DNA of 63,621 nt, filler included, from Chiloscyllium plagiosum (taxonomy: Eukaryota): NCBI RefSeq assembly GCF_004010195.1. It is 5 parts of one record of this genome, joined end to end, with 100 filler letters (N's around TTAATTAATTAA, not from the genome) between each part and the next. Parts side by side here need not be neighbours in the genome. Positions count along the whole stretch, not along the records: positions 23,028 to 52,838 come from NC_057710.1; positions 52,939 to 59,898 come from NC_057710.1; positions 59,999 to 63,621 come from NC_057710.1; 2 more parts are not named here. One strand, 5' to 3'. The notes beneath the pieces are model-generated. The model worked only from the letters and a program-made list of their open reading frames with translations. It searched no databases and was not told the origin of the DNA. Of the stretch, positions 49,203-60,530 are shown piece after piece; the stretch's first letter is position 1; every line of letters begins with the position of its first letter. The position numbers and the translations under genes are program-made.

Positions 49203-49874
49203 GGTAAAAACAATGACTGCAGATGCTGGAAACCAGATTCTGGATTAGTGGTGCTGGAAGAGCACAGCAATTCAGGCAGCATCCGAGGACAGGCAAAATC
49301 GACGTTTCGGGCAAAAGCCCTTCATCAGGAATAAAGGCAGAGAGCCCATCTACTAATATCATCTATTGTATCCGTTGCTCCCGATGCGGTCTCCTCTACA
49401 TTGGGGAGACTGGGCGCCTCCTAGCAGAGCGCTTTAGGGAACATCTCTGAGACACCCGCACCAATCAACCAAATCGCCCCGTGGCTCAACATTTCAACTC
49501 CCCCTCCCACTCTGCTGAGGATATGGAGGTGCTGGGCCTCCTTCACCGCCGCTCCCTCACCACCAGATGCCTGGAGGAAGAACGCCTCATCTTCTGCCTC
49601 GGAACACTTCAACCCCAGGGCATCACTGTGGATTTCAACAGTTTCCTCATTTCCCCTTCCCCCACCTCATCCTAGTTTCTAACCTCCAGCAACTCGACTT
49701 GTCCGGACTTGTCCGACCTGCCCAGCTCCTTTTCCACCTATCCACTCCACCCTCTCTTCCCTGACCTATCACCTTCATCTCCTTCCCCACTGACCTATTG
49801 TACTCTATGCTACTCTCTCCCCACCCCCACACTCCTCTAGCTTATCTCTCCATGCTTCAGGCTCTCTGCTTTTA
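49203..49874. mobile_element. 5'-truncated Neptune-type PLE: inverted pLTR (49203-49347) plus sense GIY-YIG and 3' UTR
   Basis: 16-bp TSD tccttgatat(g/a)tatgt (49187-49202 / 49875-49890); NIIYCIRCSRCGLLYIGETGR. Confidence 0.92.
49297..49332 (-). ncRNA. Minimal hammerhead ribozyme
   Basis: Reverse complement attcCTGATGAagggcttttgcccGAAACGTCgatt. Confidence 0.8.
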
Positions 49875-51680
49875 TCCTTGATATATATGTACCTGTCAGG
49901 CAGGAAAGAGATGGTCGTGTGAGGGAACCTTGGTTGACGAGGGAGATTGAATGTCTAGTAAAGAGGAAGAAGGAGGCTTACATAAGGTTGAGGAAATAAG
50001 GTTCAGGCAGAGCGTTGGAAGGATACAGGATAGCCAGGAGGGAGCTGAAGAAAGGGATTAGTAGAGCTAAGAGAGGGCATGAAAAATCTTTGGCGGGTAG
50101 GACCAAGAATAACCCCAAGGCCTTTATGTGTATGTGAGAAACATGAGAATGACGAGAACGAGGGTAGGTCCAATCAAGGACAGTAATGGGAGACTGTATA
50201 TTGAGTTGGAAGAGATAGGAGAGGTCTTGTATGAGTACTTTTTTTCAGTATTTACAAATGAGAGGGACCGTATTGTTGAAGAGGAGAGTATGAAATGGAC
50301 TGGTAAGCTAGAGGAGATACTTGTTAGGAAGGAAGATGTGTCGGGCATTTTGAAAAACTTCAGGATAGACAAGTCCCCCGGGCCTGACGGGATATATCCT
50401 AGGATTATGTGGGAAGCAAGAGAGGAAATTGCAGAGCCGTTGGCAATGATCTTTTCGTCTTCACTGTCAACAGGGGTGGTACCAGGGGACTGGAGAGTGG
50501 CGAATGTTGTGCCCCTGTTCAAAAAAGGGAATAGGGATAACCCCGGGAATTACAGGCCAGTTAGTCTTACTTCGATGGTAGGCAAAGTAATGGAAAGGGG
50601 ACTGAGGGATTGGATTTATGAGTACCTGGAAAGACACTGCTTGATGAGGGACAGCCAGCACGGATTTGTGAGGGGTAGGTCTTGCCTTACAAGTCTTATT
50701 GAATTCTTTGAGGAGGTGACCAAGCATGTGGATGAGGGTAGAGCAGTGAATGTAGTATACATGGATTTTAGTAAGGCATTTGATAAGGTTCCCCATGGTA
50801 GGCTTATGGAGGCATGGGATAGTGGGAAATTTGGCAGGTTGGGTAGAGAACTGGCTAACCGGTCGAAGTCAGAGAATGGTGATTGATGGTAAATATTCAG
50901 CCTGGAGTCCAGTTACAAGTGGAGTTCCGCAGGGATCAGTTTTGGGTCCTCTGCTGTTTGCAATTTTTATTAAAGACTTGGAAGAGGGAGTCGAAGGATG
51001 GGTCAGTAAATTTGCAGACGATAGGAAGATTGGTGGAGTTGTGGTTAGTAAGGAGGGCTGTTGTTGGCTGCAAAGGGACTTAGAAATGATGCACAGCTGG
51101 GCTGAGGAGTGGCAGATGGATTCAACTCTGTCAAGTGTGAGGTTGTCCATTTTGGTAGGACAAATAAGAATGCGGAATACAGGGTTAACGGTAGGGTTCT
51201 TAGTGAGGTGGAGGAACAGAGGGATCTTGGGGTCTATGTTCATAGTACCAGGATGTTGTCTGGAATGGAGAATAGGTCGTACGAGGATGGGTTGAGAGTG
51301 CTAGGCCTTTTCTCATTGGAACGGCGAAGGATGAGGGGTGACTTGATAGAGGTTTATAAGATGATCAGGGGAATAGATAAAGTAGACAGTCAGAGACTTT
51401 TTCCCCGGGTGCAACAGAGTGTTACAAGGGGACATAAATTTAAGGTGAAGGGTGGAAGGTATAGGGGGGATGTCAGGGGTAGGTTCTTTACCCAGAGAGT
51501 GGTGGGGGCATGGAATGCGCTGCCTGTGGGAGTGGCAGAGTCAGAATCATTGGTGACCTTTAAGCGGCAATTGAATAGGTACATGGAGAGGTGCTTAAGC
51601 TAGGACAAATGTACGGCACAACATCGTGGGCTGAAGGGCCTGTACTGTGCTGTATTGTTCTATGTTCTATGTCTATGTTC

Positions 51681-52838
51681 TTTCAGGGGATAATACAGCA
51701 GCAGTGACAGCAGTTTCTGGGGGTAATATAACAGCATTGACAGAAGTGTGAGGAGGTAATACAGCAGTAGTGATAGCACTGTCAGGTGCTTAATACAGCA
51801 GCACTGACAGCAGTGTCTGGAGGGAATACAGCAGCAGTGACAGCAGTGTCTGGGGGACAGTAAAGCAGCAGGGACAGCAGTGTCTGGGGGTAATACAGCA
51901 GCAGTGACAGCAGTGTCTGGAGGTAATGCAGCAGCAGTGACAGCAGTTTCTGGGGGTAATACAGCAGCAGTAATAGCAGTGTCTGGGGGTAAAACAGCAG
52001 CAGTGACAGCAGAGTCCAGTGGATAGTACAGCAGCAGTGATAGCAGTTTCTTGAGGTAATACAGCAGCCGTGACAAGAGTGTCTGGAGGTAGTGCAGCAG
52101 CAGTGACAGCAGTTTCTGGGGGTAATACAGCAGCAGTTACAGCAGTGCCTGAGATACTACAGCAGCTGTGGAGGCAGTGTCTGGGATGGTAATCCAGCTG
52201 CAGTGACAGCAGTGTCTGGGGGTAATCCAGCTGCAGTGACAGCAGTGTCTCGGGGTAGTACAGCAGCAGTGACAGCAGAGTCTGGGGGGTAATACAGCAG
52301 CAGTGACATCAGAGTCTGGGCGTAATACAGCAGCATTGACAGTAGTGTCTGGGGGTAATGTGACAGCAGTGTCTGGAGGTAGTGTAGCAGCAGTGACAGC
52401 ACTTTCTGGGGGAAATAAAGCAGCTGTGACAGCAGTGTCTGGGGGCAATACAGCAGCAGTGACAGCAGTGTCTCGGGGTGTAATACAGCAGCAGTGACAG
52501 AAGTTTCTGGGGGTAATACAGCAGCAGTGACAGCAGTGTCTGGGGGTAATACAGCAGCAGTGTCATCAGTATCTGAGGGGTAATATAGCAGCAGTGAGAG
52601 CAGTGTCTGGGGTGTAATACGGCAGAAGTGACAGCAGTTTCTGGGGGTAATACAACAGAAGTGACATCAGTGTCTGGGGGTAAGACAACAGCAACGACAG
52701 CAGTGTCTGGGGGGTAATACAGCAGCAGTGACAGAACTGACACCTGTGTCTGGGGCTAAAACAGAAGCAGTGGCAGCAGTGTCTGGGGGTAATACAGCAG
52801 CAGTGACAGCAGTGTCTGGGGGTAATACAGCAGCAGTG
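51681..52838. repeat. 33-bp satellite, right part
   Basis: Same unit as 46455-48294. Confidence 0.95.
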
Positions 52839-52938
52839 NNNNNNNNNNNNNNNNNNNNNNNNNNNNNNNNNNNNNNNNNNNNTTAATTAATTAANNNNNN
52901 NNNNNNNNNNNNNNNNNNNNNNNNNNNNNNNNNNNNNN
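52839..52938. other. Artificial scaffold linker
   Basis: 44 N + TTAATTAATTAA + 44 N. Confidence 0.95.
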
Positions 52939-53303
52939 TGCTTTCCAGAGAATCCTAGGATAAATGCCATCAGGCCCAGGGGACTTATCTATTTTCACCC
53001 TTTCCAGAATTTCCAACACCTCTTCTCTACATACCTCAAAGCCATCCATTCTACTTAATTGTGACTCAGTACTCACATTGACAACAATGTCCTGTTCCTG
53101 ATTGAATACTGACGAAAAGTATTCATTCAGTGTCTCCCCAATCTCTTCAGCCTCCACACGCAACTTCCCACTACTATCCTTGACTGGACCTATTCCTACC
53201 CTAGTCATTCTTTTATTCCTGACATACCTATAGAAAGCCTTAGGGTTTTCCCTAATCCTACCAACTAAGGACCTTTCATGTCCCCTCCTTGCTGCTCTTA
53301 GCT
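52939..53303 (-). mobile_element. CR1 ORF2 fragment
   Basis: GPVKDSSGK...LNEYFSSVF...DKSPGPDGIYPR. Confidence 0.88.
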
Positions 53304-55068
53304 CTGGGATCTCAGTGACGGAGCTCTGGGGTCTCGGTTACAGGGCTCTGGGATCTCAGTTACGGGACTCTGGGGTCTCAGTTACAGGGCTCTGGTTTCT
53401 CGGTTACGGGGCTCTGGGGTCTCGGTTACAGGGCTCTGGTTTCTCAGTTACAGGGCTCTGGGGTCTCGGTTACGGGGCTCTGGGGTCTCGGTGACGGCGC
53501 TCTGGGATCTCGGTGACGGAGCTCTGGTGCCTCAGTTACGGGGCTCTGGGGTCTCGGTTCAGGACTGTGCGATCTCGGTGACGGAGTTCTGGGGTCTCGG
53601 TTACGGGGCTCTGGGGTCTCGGTTACGGGGCTCTGAGGTCTATCCAGTTGACTCTATGATCTCAGTTAAAGGGCTCTGGGGTCTCGGTTACTGGGCTCTG
53701 GGGTCTCGGTGACGGCGCTCTGGGGTCTATCCAGTTGACTCTAGGATCTCAGTTACAGGGCTCTGGAGTCTCGGTGACAGAGTTCTGGGGTCTCGGTGAC
53801 GGGGCTCTGGGGTCTATCCAGTTGACTCTAGGATCTCAGTTACAGGGCTCTGGGGTCTCGGTGACGGCGCTCTGGGGTCTATCCAGTTGACTCTAGGATC
53901 TCAGTTACAGGGCTCTGGGGTCTCGGTGACAGAGTTCTGGGGTCTCAGTGACAGGGCTCTGGGGTCTCAGTTATGGGCTATGGGGTCTATCCAGTTGACT
54001 GTAGGGTCTCAGTTATTGGACTCCGGGGGCTCAGTGACAGAGCTTTGGGGTCTTTGTGACAGAGCTCTGGGGTCTCGGTGATGGCGCTCTGGGGTCTCGG
54101 TTATGGGACTCTGGGGTCTCGGTGACGGAGCTCTGGTGCCTCAGTTACGGAGTTCTGGGCTCTCGGTTATGGGACTCTGGGGTCTCGGTTACGGGGCTCT
54201 GGGGTCTCGGTTACGGGGCTCAGGGGTCTCGGTTACGGGGCTCTGAGGTCTATCCAGTTGACTCTAGGATCTCAGTTACAGGGCTCTGGGGGCTCGGAGA
54301 CAGAGTTCTGCGGTCTCGGTGACGAGGCTCTAGGGTCTCAGTTATGGGCTCTGGGGTCTATCCAGTTGGCAGTAGGGTCTCAGTAACGGGACTCTGGGGG
54401 CTCGGTGACAGAGCTCTGGGGTCTCGGTGACAGGGCTCTGGGGTCTCGGTTATGGGGCTCTGGGGTCTATCCAGTTGACTCTAGGGTCTCAGTTACTGGA
54501 CACTGGTGCCTCGGTGACAGAGCTATGGGGTCTCGGTTACGGGGTTCTGGGGTCTCACTTATGGGCTTCAGGGGTCTCAGTGATGAAACTCTGAAGTCTC
54601 AGTTACGGGGCTCAGGGGTCTTGGTGACAGAGCTCTGGGGTCTCAGTTACAGGGCTCTGGGGTCTCGATGACAGAGCTCTGGGTTCTCGGTGACGGGGCT
54701 GTAGGGTTTCAGTTACGGGGCTCTGGGGTCTCGGTTAGGGGCTCCAGGGTCTTGGTTATGCGGATCTGGGGTCTCTCTAATGGGCCCTGGGGTCTCTGTT
54801 ATGGGACTCTGGGGTCTACCTAACAGGCTCTGGGGTCTCAGTGATGGGTCGCTGGGGTCTCTTTTACACAGCTCTGTGGTCTCTCTCTGATGGACTCTGA
54901 GGTCTCAGTTACGGGACTCTGGTGTCTCAGTCATGGGTCTCTGGGTCTCCCTAACAGGCTCTGGAGTCTCGATTATGGGGCTCCAAAGTCTCGGTGATGC
55001 GGCTCTGGGGTCTCTAATAAGCTTTGGGGTCTCAGTTGTGGGCTCTGAAGTTTTGGTTACTGGGCTCT
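53303..55068. repeat. 22-bp GC-rich satellite (ggggtctcggttacggggctct) with interspersed 21-bp variant
   Basis: About 80 units; variant ggtctatccagttgactcta recurs between 53636 and 54484. Confidence 0.95.
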
Positions 55069-55596
55069 GCTGCCACATAATTACAACTGCCATATCTGAC
55101 TTAGTGCCATGGGCCTGAGGATGTGCGCCGTCTGAAAATCCTTTTCAACATCCGACTCCTCCCCCATACGTTGTCACCGGTCATCAGTCATCAGGGCCCT
55201 CCTCTGTCCTTTTCACTGACAATTCCACTTCTCGAGTCACCCTAGCTATAGAGGTGAAATCTTGGCTGACTCTGCAATTGCAGGCCATGGAAGTCATCCT
55301 TCGGTGACCTTAGATACGTAGCTAAGGAGTTGGTGTAGGATGGTGGCCCTCAAGAATGTGAATCATTGGGATGCCTGCTGGGGCAGGTGGGAACTCCACC
55401 TAAACTCTCCAGGACACCAATATTCTGGCAGGGAAATTTGCGAGTTTCTCGGAGGCGGGAACGTGAACATTAGGTCAGCATATGGAGTGATTGAGAAGTT
55501 AGAGACTAAGGCCAGTGCAGCTGAGAGAAAGAACAGACAGGGAGAGGTTACTGAACATGGTAGGACTGGAGGTCGAAGGTGTATTTGTTTTAATGT

Positions 55597-55746
55597 CAGG
55601 TCAGCCAGCATCCAAGGAGCAGGAGAATCGCTGAATCGCAGGAAATGTCGATTTTCCTGCTCCTCGGATGCTGCCCGACCAGCTGCACTTTTTCAACACC
55701 ACACTCTCAACTCTGATTTCCAGTATCTTCAGTCCTCACTTTCTCC
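55597..55746. mobile_element. PLE fold-back mini-element with deleted hammerhead core
   Basis: gcatccaaggagcaggagaatcg ... cgattttcctgctcctcggatgc arms; ends cctcactttctcc. Confidence 0.8.
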
Positions 55747-56148
55747 AAGTATGTCAGATGAACATAGAGCTTGGATTGGCATGTCTAACTATGACATTGC
55801 AGCTATTACAGAGACTAGGTTGAGAGAGAGAGAGAGACAAGACTGGAAGCTTTATGTTCCAGGATTTTGCTGCTTCAGGAGATAAAGAGGGGGATGTGAA
55901 AGAGATGAGGAGTTCTGGAACTGATGAGGGAGAACTCTACAGCTGTACTAAGGGTGGATATATTGGAGGTGAGGCCTTGTGGGTAGAGCTTAGGAATAGG
56001 AAGGCTGCAATCACTTTGGGATTGTACTACAGACCTCCCAACAGCCAACGGGTGATAGGGGAACAGAAATGTGGACAAATTATGGAAAGATGTAAAAGCA
56101 ACAGAGTTGTTGTGGTGGGTATTTTAACTTCCCTTATATTGACTGGGA

Positions 56149-56353
56149 ATCATAATTTGGAGATGCCAGTGTTGGACTGGGGTGTACAAAGTTAAAAATC
56201 ACACAACACTAGGTTATAGTCCAACAGGTTGAATTAGAAGCACTAGCTTTCGGAGCACTGCTCCTTCATCAGGTGGTTCATCACAACCTCCGAAAGCTAG
56301 TGCTTCTAATTAAACCTGTTGGACTATAACCTAGTGTTGTGTGATTTTTAACT
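56149..56353. mobile_element. Fold-back mini-element of a second hammerhead family
   Basis: 15-bp TSD ttatattgactggga (56134-56148 / 56354-56368); ~67-bp near-perfect inverted arms. Confidence 0.88.
56241..56275 (-). ncRNA. Minimal hammerhead ribozyme (AGCT helix III, CUA site)
   Basis: Reverse complement cac-CTGATGA-aggagc-agt-gctcc-GAAA-GCTA-gtg; helix I cac/gtg pairs. Confidence 0.8.
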
Positions 56354-56695
56354 TTATATTGACTGGGATTCCCTTAGTATCATGGATTTAGAAGTGGGGG
56401 AGATTGTGTCCACGGGGGTTTTTTGAACCAATTTGAAAGGGTCTGTTTCTGTGCTGTATGCCTTTGTGACTGAATGCAAATTGCCCATCAGAGAAGGGGC
56501 CATACCAGACGTGGTATTGGGGAATGAGTCTGGCTAGGTGATTGGAGTTTCAGTGGGAGAGTATTTCAGGAACAGTAACCATAATTCTGTAAGTTTTAAG
56601 TTACTTACGGATAAGGTAAGAGTAGCCCTCAGGTGAAATTATTAAATGGGCTAACTAAAATAATATTAGGCAGGAATTGGGGAATGGAGGAGCAG

Positions 56696-57960
56696 TTAGA
56701 ACATAGAAGAATACAGCGCAGTACAGGCCCTTCGGCCCTCGATGTTGCGCCGATCCAAGACCACCTAACCTACACTAGCCCACTATCCTCCATATGCCTA
56801 TCCAATGCCCGCTTAAATGCCCATAATGAGGGAGAGTCCACCACTGCTACTGGCAGGGTATTCCATGAACTCACGCTCACTGAGTAAAGAACCTACCNNN
56901 NNNNNNNNNNNNNNNNNNNNNNNNNNNNNNNNNNNNNNNNNNNNNNNNNNNNNNNNNNNNNNNNNNNNNNNNNNNNNNNNNNNNNNNNNNNNNNNNNNNN
57001 NNNNNNNNNNNNNNNNNNNNNNNNNNNNNNNNNNNNNNNNNNNNNNNNNNNNNNNNNNNNNNNNNNNNNNNNNNNNNNNNNNNNNNNNNNNNNNNNNNNN
57101 NNNNNNNNNNNNNNNNNNNNNNNNNNNNNNNNNNNNNNNNNNNNNNNNNNNNNNNNNNNNNNNNNNNNNNNNNNNNNNNNNNNNNNNNNNNNNNNNNNNN
57201 NNNNNNNNNNNNNNNNNNNNNNNNNNNNNNNNNNNNNNNNNNNNNNNNNNNNNNNNNNNNNNNNNNNNNNNNNNNNNNNNNNNNNNNNNNNNNNNNNNNN
57301 NNNNNNNNNNNNNNNNNNNNNNNNNNNNNNNNNNNNNNNNNNNNNNNNNNNNNNNNNNNNNNNNNNNNNNNNNNNNNNNNNNNNNNNNNNNNNNNNNNNN
57401 NNNNNNNNNNNNNNNNNNNNNNNNNNNNNNNNNNNNNNNNNNNNNNNNNNNNNNNNNNNNNNNNNNNNNNNNNNNNNNNNNNNNNNNNNNNNNNNNNNNN
57501 NNNNNNNNNNNNNNNNNNNNNNNNNNNNNNNNNNNNNNNNNNNNNNNNNNNNNNNNNNNNNNNNNNNNNNNNNNNNNNNNNNNNNNNNNNNNNNNNNNNN
57601 NNNNNNNNNNNNNNNNNNNNNNNNNNNNNNNNNNNNNNNNNNNNNNNNNACCTCCTTAGTCACCTTCTCGAAGAATTCAATAAGGTTTGTGAGGCACGAC
57701 CTGCCCTTCACAAAACCATGCTGACTATCCTTGATCACATTATTCCTATCCAGATGTTCATAAATCCTATCCCTTACAATTCTCTCTAAGACGTTGCCCA
57801 CAACAGAAGTGAGACTCACCGGCCTATAGTTACTAGGGTTATCCCTACTCCCCTTCTTGAACAAGGGAACCACATTTGCTAGCCTCCAATCTTCTGGCAC
57901 TTCTCCTGTATACAACGAAGACATAAAAATCAAGGCCAATGGCTCTGCAATCTCCTCCCT
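56696..57960 (-). mobile_element. Young 5'-truncated CR1 (middle in gap)
   Basis: agaacatagaag tail at 56698; PEDWRLANVVPLFKKG...SQHGFVKGRSC. Confidence 0.88.
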
Positions 57961-58809
57961 TGCGGTTGTTTGGTAAATCCATACCTGTCACATGGGAATC
58001 TTTTAAAGGCCAGTTAAATAGAGTTGTGGATCAATATGTTCCTGTGAGAATGAAGGATGGCAAGATTTGGGAATCTTGGATGATGGGAAAACTTGTGAAC
58101 TTAGTCATAAAGAAAAAGGAGTCATATGAAAGGTTTCGGAAACTGAAGACAGTCAGAACTGTCAAGGAATATAAAGGTAGCAGGAAAGAACGCTAACAAG
58201 GAGTTAGGAGGGTGAAAAGGGACTACTGAATAGCTTTGGCAAACAGGATTCAGGAAAATCTTAAGGTATTTTATGCATATTTAGGGAGCAGTAGGGTAGC
58301 TGGGGAAAGAGTGGCCCACACAAGGATAAAGGAGAGAATTTATGCAGGGAGCTGGAGGAAGTGGGTGAGGTCTTTAATGAATACATTGCATAAGTATTCA
58401 CAAAGGAGAAGGACGTGGTGGATGGTGGGTCTAGAGAGAGTTATGTTGATATTCTACGGCACGTTGATATTAAAAAAGGAGGTGCTGGGTCTTCTCCAAA
58501 GTATTAAGTGGACAAATCCCCAAAATCTGGGATCTATCCCAAAATGCTGAGGGAGGCAGGTGAGGGAATTTTTGGGGTCCAGGATAAAATCTTTGCATCC
58601 TAATTAGGCATAGGCAAGATCCCTGAGGACTGGAGAATCACCAAAATTTTTTCTTTGTTTAAGAGGGCACAAGATTAAACCGGGAAAATATAGGTCAGTG
58701 AGCCTCATGCCAGTGGTAATGAAATTATTGGAGAAGGCTCTGAGTGATAGAATTTACTTTCAGTTGGAAAATACGATAGGCAACTGGAGACCTGTGCGGA
58801 GAAATGGTA

Positions 58810-58991
58810 GATAAAGGTTTAGCTAACGTATCGGGTTGTGTCCCTTCCTCAGAACTCAGAGGAAGGGTCACTGGACCCGAAACATTAACTCAGATTTCTC
58901 TCCACCGCTGCTGCCAGTCATGCTGAGCCTTTCTAGCAATTTCTGTTTTGTTTATAATTTTCAGCATCTGAGTTCTTTCGGTTTTTATTTG
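58810..58991 (+). mobile_element. Degenerate PLE pLTR (CTGAGGA-type subfamily) with short inverted copy
   Basis: cccttcctcag ... gaggaagggtcactggacccGAAAcattaac. Confidence 0.6.
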
Positions 58992-59001
58992 GATGCAATT
59001 T

Positions 59002-59066
59002 AAGTTAGATTAGATTCCCTACAGTGTGGAAACAGCCCCTTCGGCCTAACAGGTCCACACCAACCA
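59002..59066 (-). mobile_element. 5'-truncated HE1-type SINE tail
   Basis: ttagattagattccctacagtgtggaaacag. Confidence 0.75.
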
Positions 59067-59287
59067 TTTAGTCTGGATAAATGTGAGCTGATGCATTTTG
59101 GAAGGTCTAATGCAGGAGGGAAAATAGCAAAATCTTTAGTAGCATTAACGTACAGAGAGATATAGGCAAACTGTCCATACTTCTTTGAAGGTGGCAACAC
59201 AAATGGGTCAGATGGTCAAGAAGACATATGACATGCCTGCCTTCATCAGTCAGCACAGAGTATAAAACTTGGCAAGTCACGTAGCAG

Positions 59288-59502
59288 AACTGAAAAATGT
59301 GTTGCTGGAAAAGTGCAGCAGGTCAGGCGGCATTCAAGGAGCAGGAGAATCGACGTTTAGGGCATAAGCCCTTCTTCAGGAAGAAGGGCTTATGCCCGAA
59401 ACATCGATTCTCCTGCTCCTTGGATGCTGCCTGACCTGCTGCGCTTTTCCAGCAACACATTTTTCAGCTCTGATCTCCAGCATCTGCAGTCCTCACTTTC
59501 TC
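59288..59502. mobile_element. PLE fold-back mini-element, 88-bp arms, 2-nt loop
   Basis: Arms 59290-59377 / 59380-59467; 15-bp duplication caagtcacgtagcag (59273-59287 / 59503-59517). Confidence 0.92.
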
Positions 59503-59898
59503 CAAGTCACGTAGCAGCTGTGAAGAACATTAATGAGACCACATTAATGGTATATTGCATACAGTTGTGGTCAGCACATGACCAGAAGGATGTGAAGGCT
59601 TTGGATCGAGTACAGAAATAGTTTTCCAGGATGTTCCCTGGTTTGGAGGGTATTAGCAATGAAGAGGCTGAGGGGCAAATTGGTAGGGGTTTATAAAATT
59701 GACAGGCCTGAATAAAAAAGTTGGAGTCTTTTTCCTAAGACATAAATTCAATTAGATCAGAAGGTGCAAAACATGACCTACTCTTGGGAAATAGCAGGTG
59801 ACTGAGGTGTCAGTGGGGGAGCACTTTGGGGCCAGCGACCATAATTCTATTCGTTTTAAAATCGTGATGGAAAGGGATAGACCAGATCTAAAGGATGA

Positions 59899-59998
59899 NN
59901 NNNNNNNNNNNNNNNNNNNNNNNNNNNNNNNNNNNNNNNNNNTTAATTAATTAANNNNNNNNNNNNNNNNNNNNNNNNNNNNNNNNNNNNNNNNNNNN
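59899..59998. other. Artificial scaffold linker
   Basis: 44 N + TTAATTAATTAA + 44 N. Confidence 0.95.
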
Positions 59999-60061
59999 AC
60001 ACCGCTGCCCGCTACCAGTAAGTAATTTTAAAACAAACAGTCTTACCTTAGCTGCTGCTCG

Positions 60062-60530
60062 CACTCAAACTCATCATCTTCCTGTAGCGGTATAACTCCA
60101 ACTCTTATATCGATTGTAACTTTGAAGGTTTTCAAAGGACTTGATGTAGCTAACACTGCTGTGGTGGTTAATACTGCTTTTAATTTCTCAAATGCCTCAT
60201 GGCATTATTTTGTGCACCAAAGTTTTATGTTTTTCTTTAGCAGTGTTGTGGCACCGCGAACAGACTTACTAAAGTTTGGAACAAACTTCTGGTAGAATCT
60301 GCTTAGTCCAAAAAATTAAAGTAACTCTTCAAGGATGGCCATGGAAATTCCTTGCTGGCCTTCGTCTTTGCGTTCCCTTACAGGACCAATGTTATGTCCC
60401 AAGAACATCACGTCTGTCTTCACGAATTCTGTTTTCTTCAAGTTTATTACCAGTTTTGCCTCTCGTAATCATTTAAAGGGCTTGCCAACTGTACCATGTG
60501 ATCTCTCCACGGCTTGCTAAAGATCACTTT
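60062..60530 (-). mobile_element. Gypsy RT/RNase H fragment related to 18045-19863
   Basis: LREAKLVINLKKTEFVKTDVMFLGHNIG; EAFEKLKAVLTT. Confidence 0.8.

Larger units (their letters stand above)
48295..51680 (+). mobile_element. Young CR1 LINE ORF2 inserted in the satellite; internal deletion at ~51246; PLE insert at 49203-49874
   Basis: FNARSIRNK, ITETW, MGDFNFPNIDW, 252-aa [19 protein letters not shown]; (TTCTATG)n tail. Confidence 0.95.
55320..59750 (+). mobile_element. Old CR1 LINE (ORF1 end, APE, RT), multiply interrupted
   Basis: ICFNVR, AITET, LWVELRN, YYRPPNS; resumes 57961; PEDWR, YCIQLWS. Confidence 0.8.
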
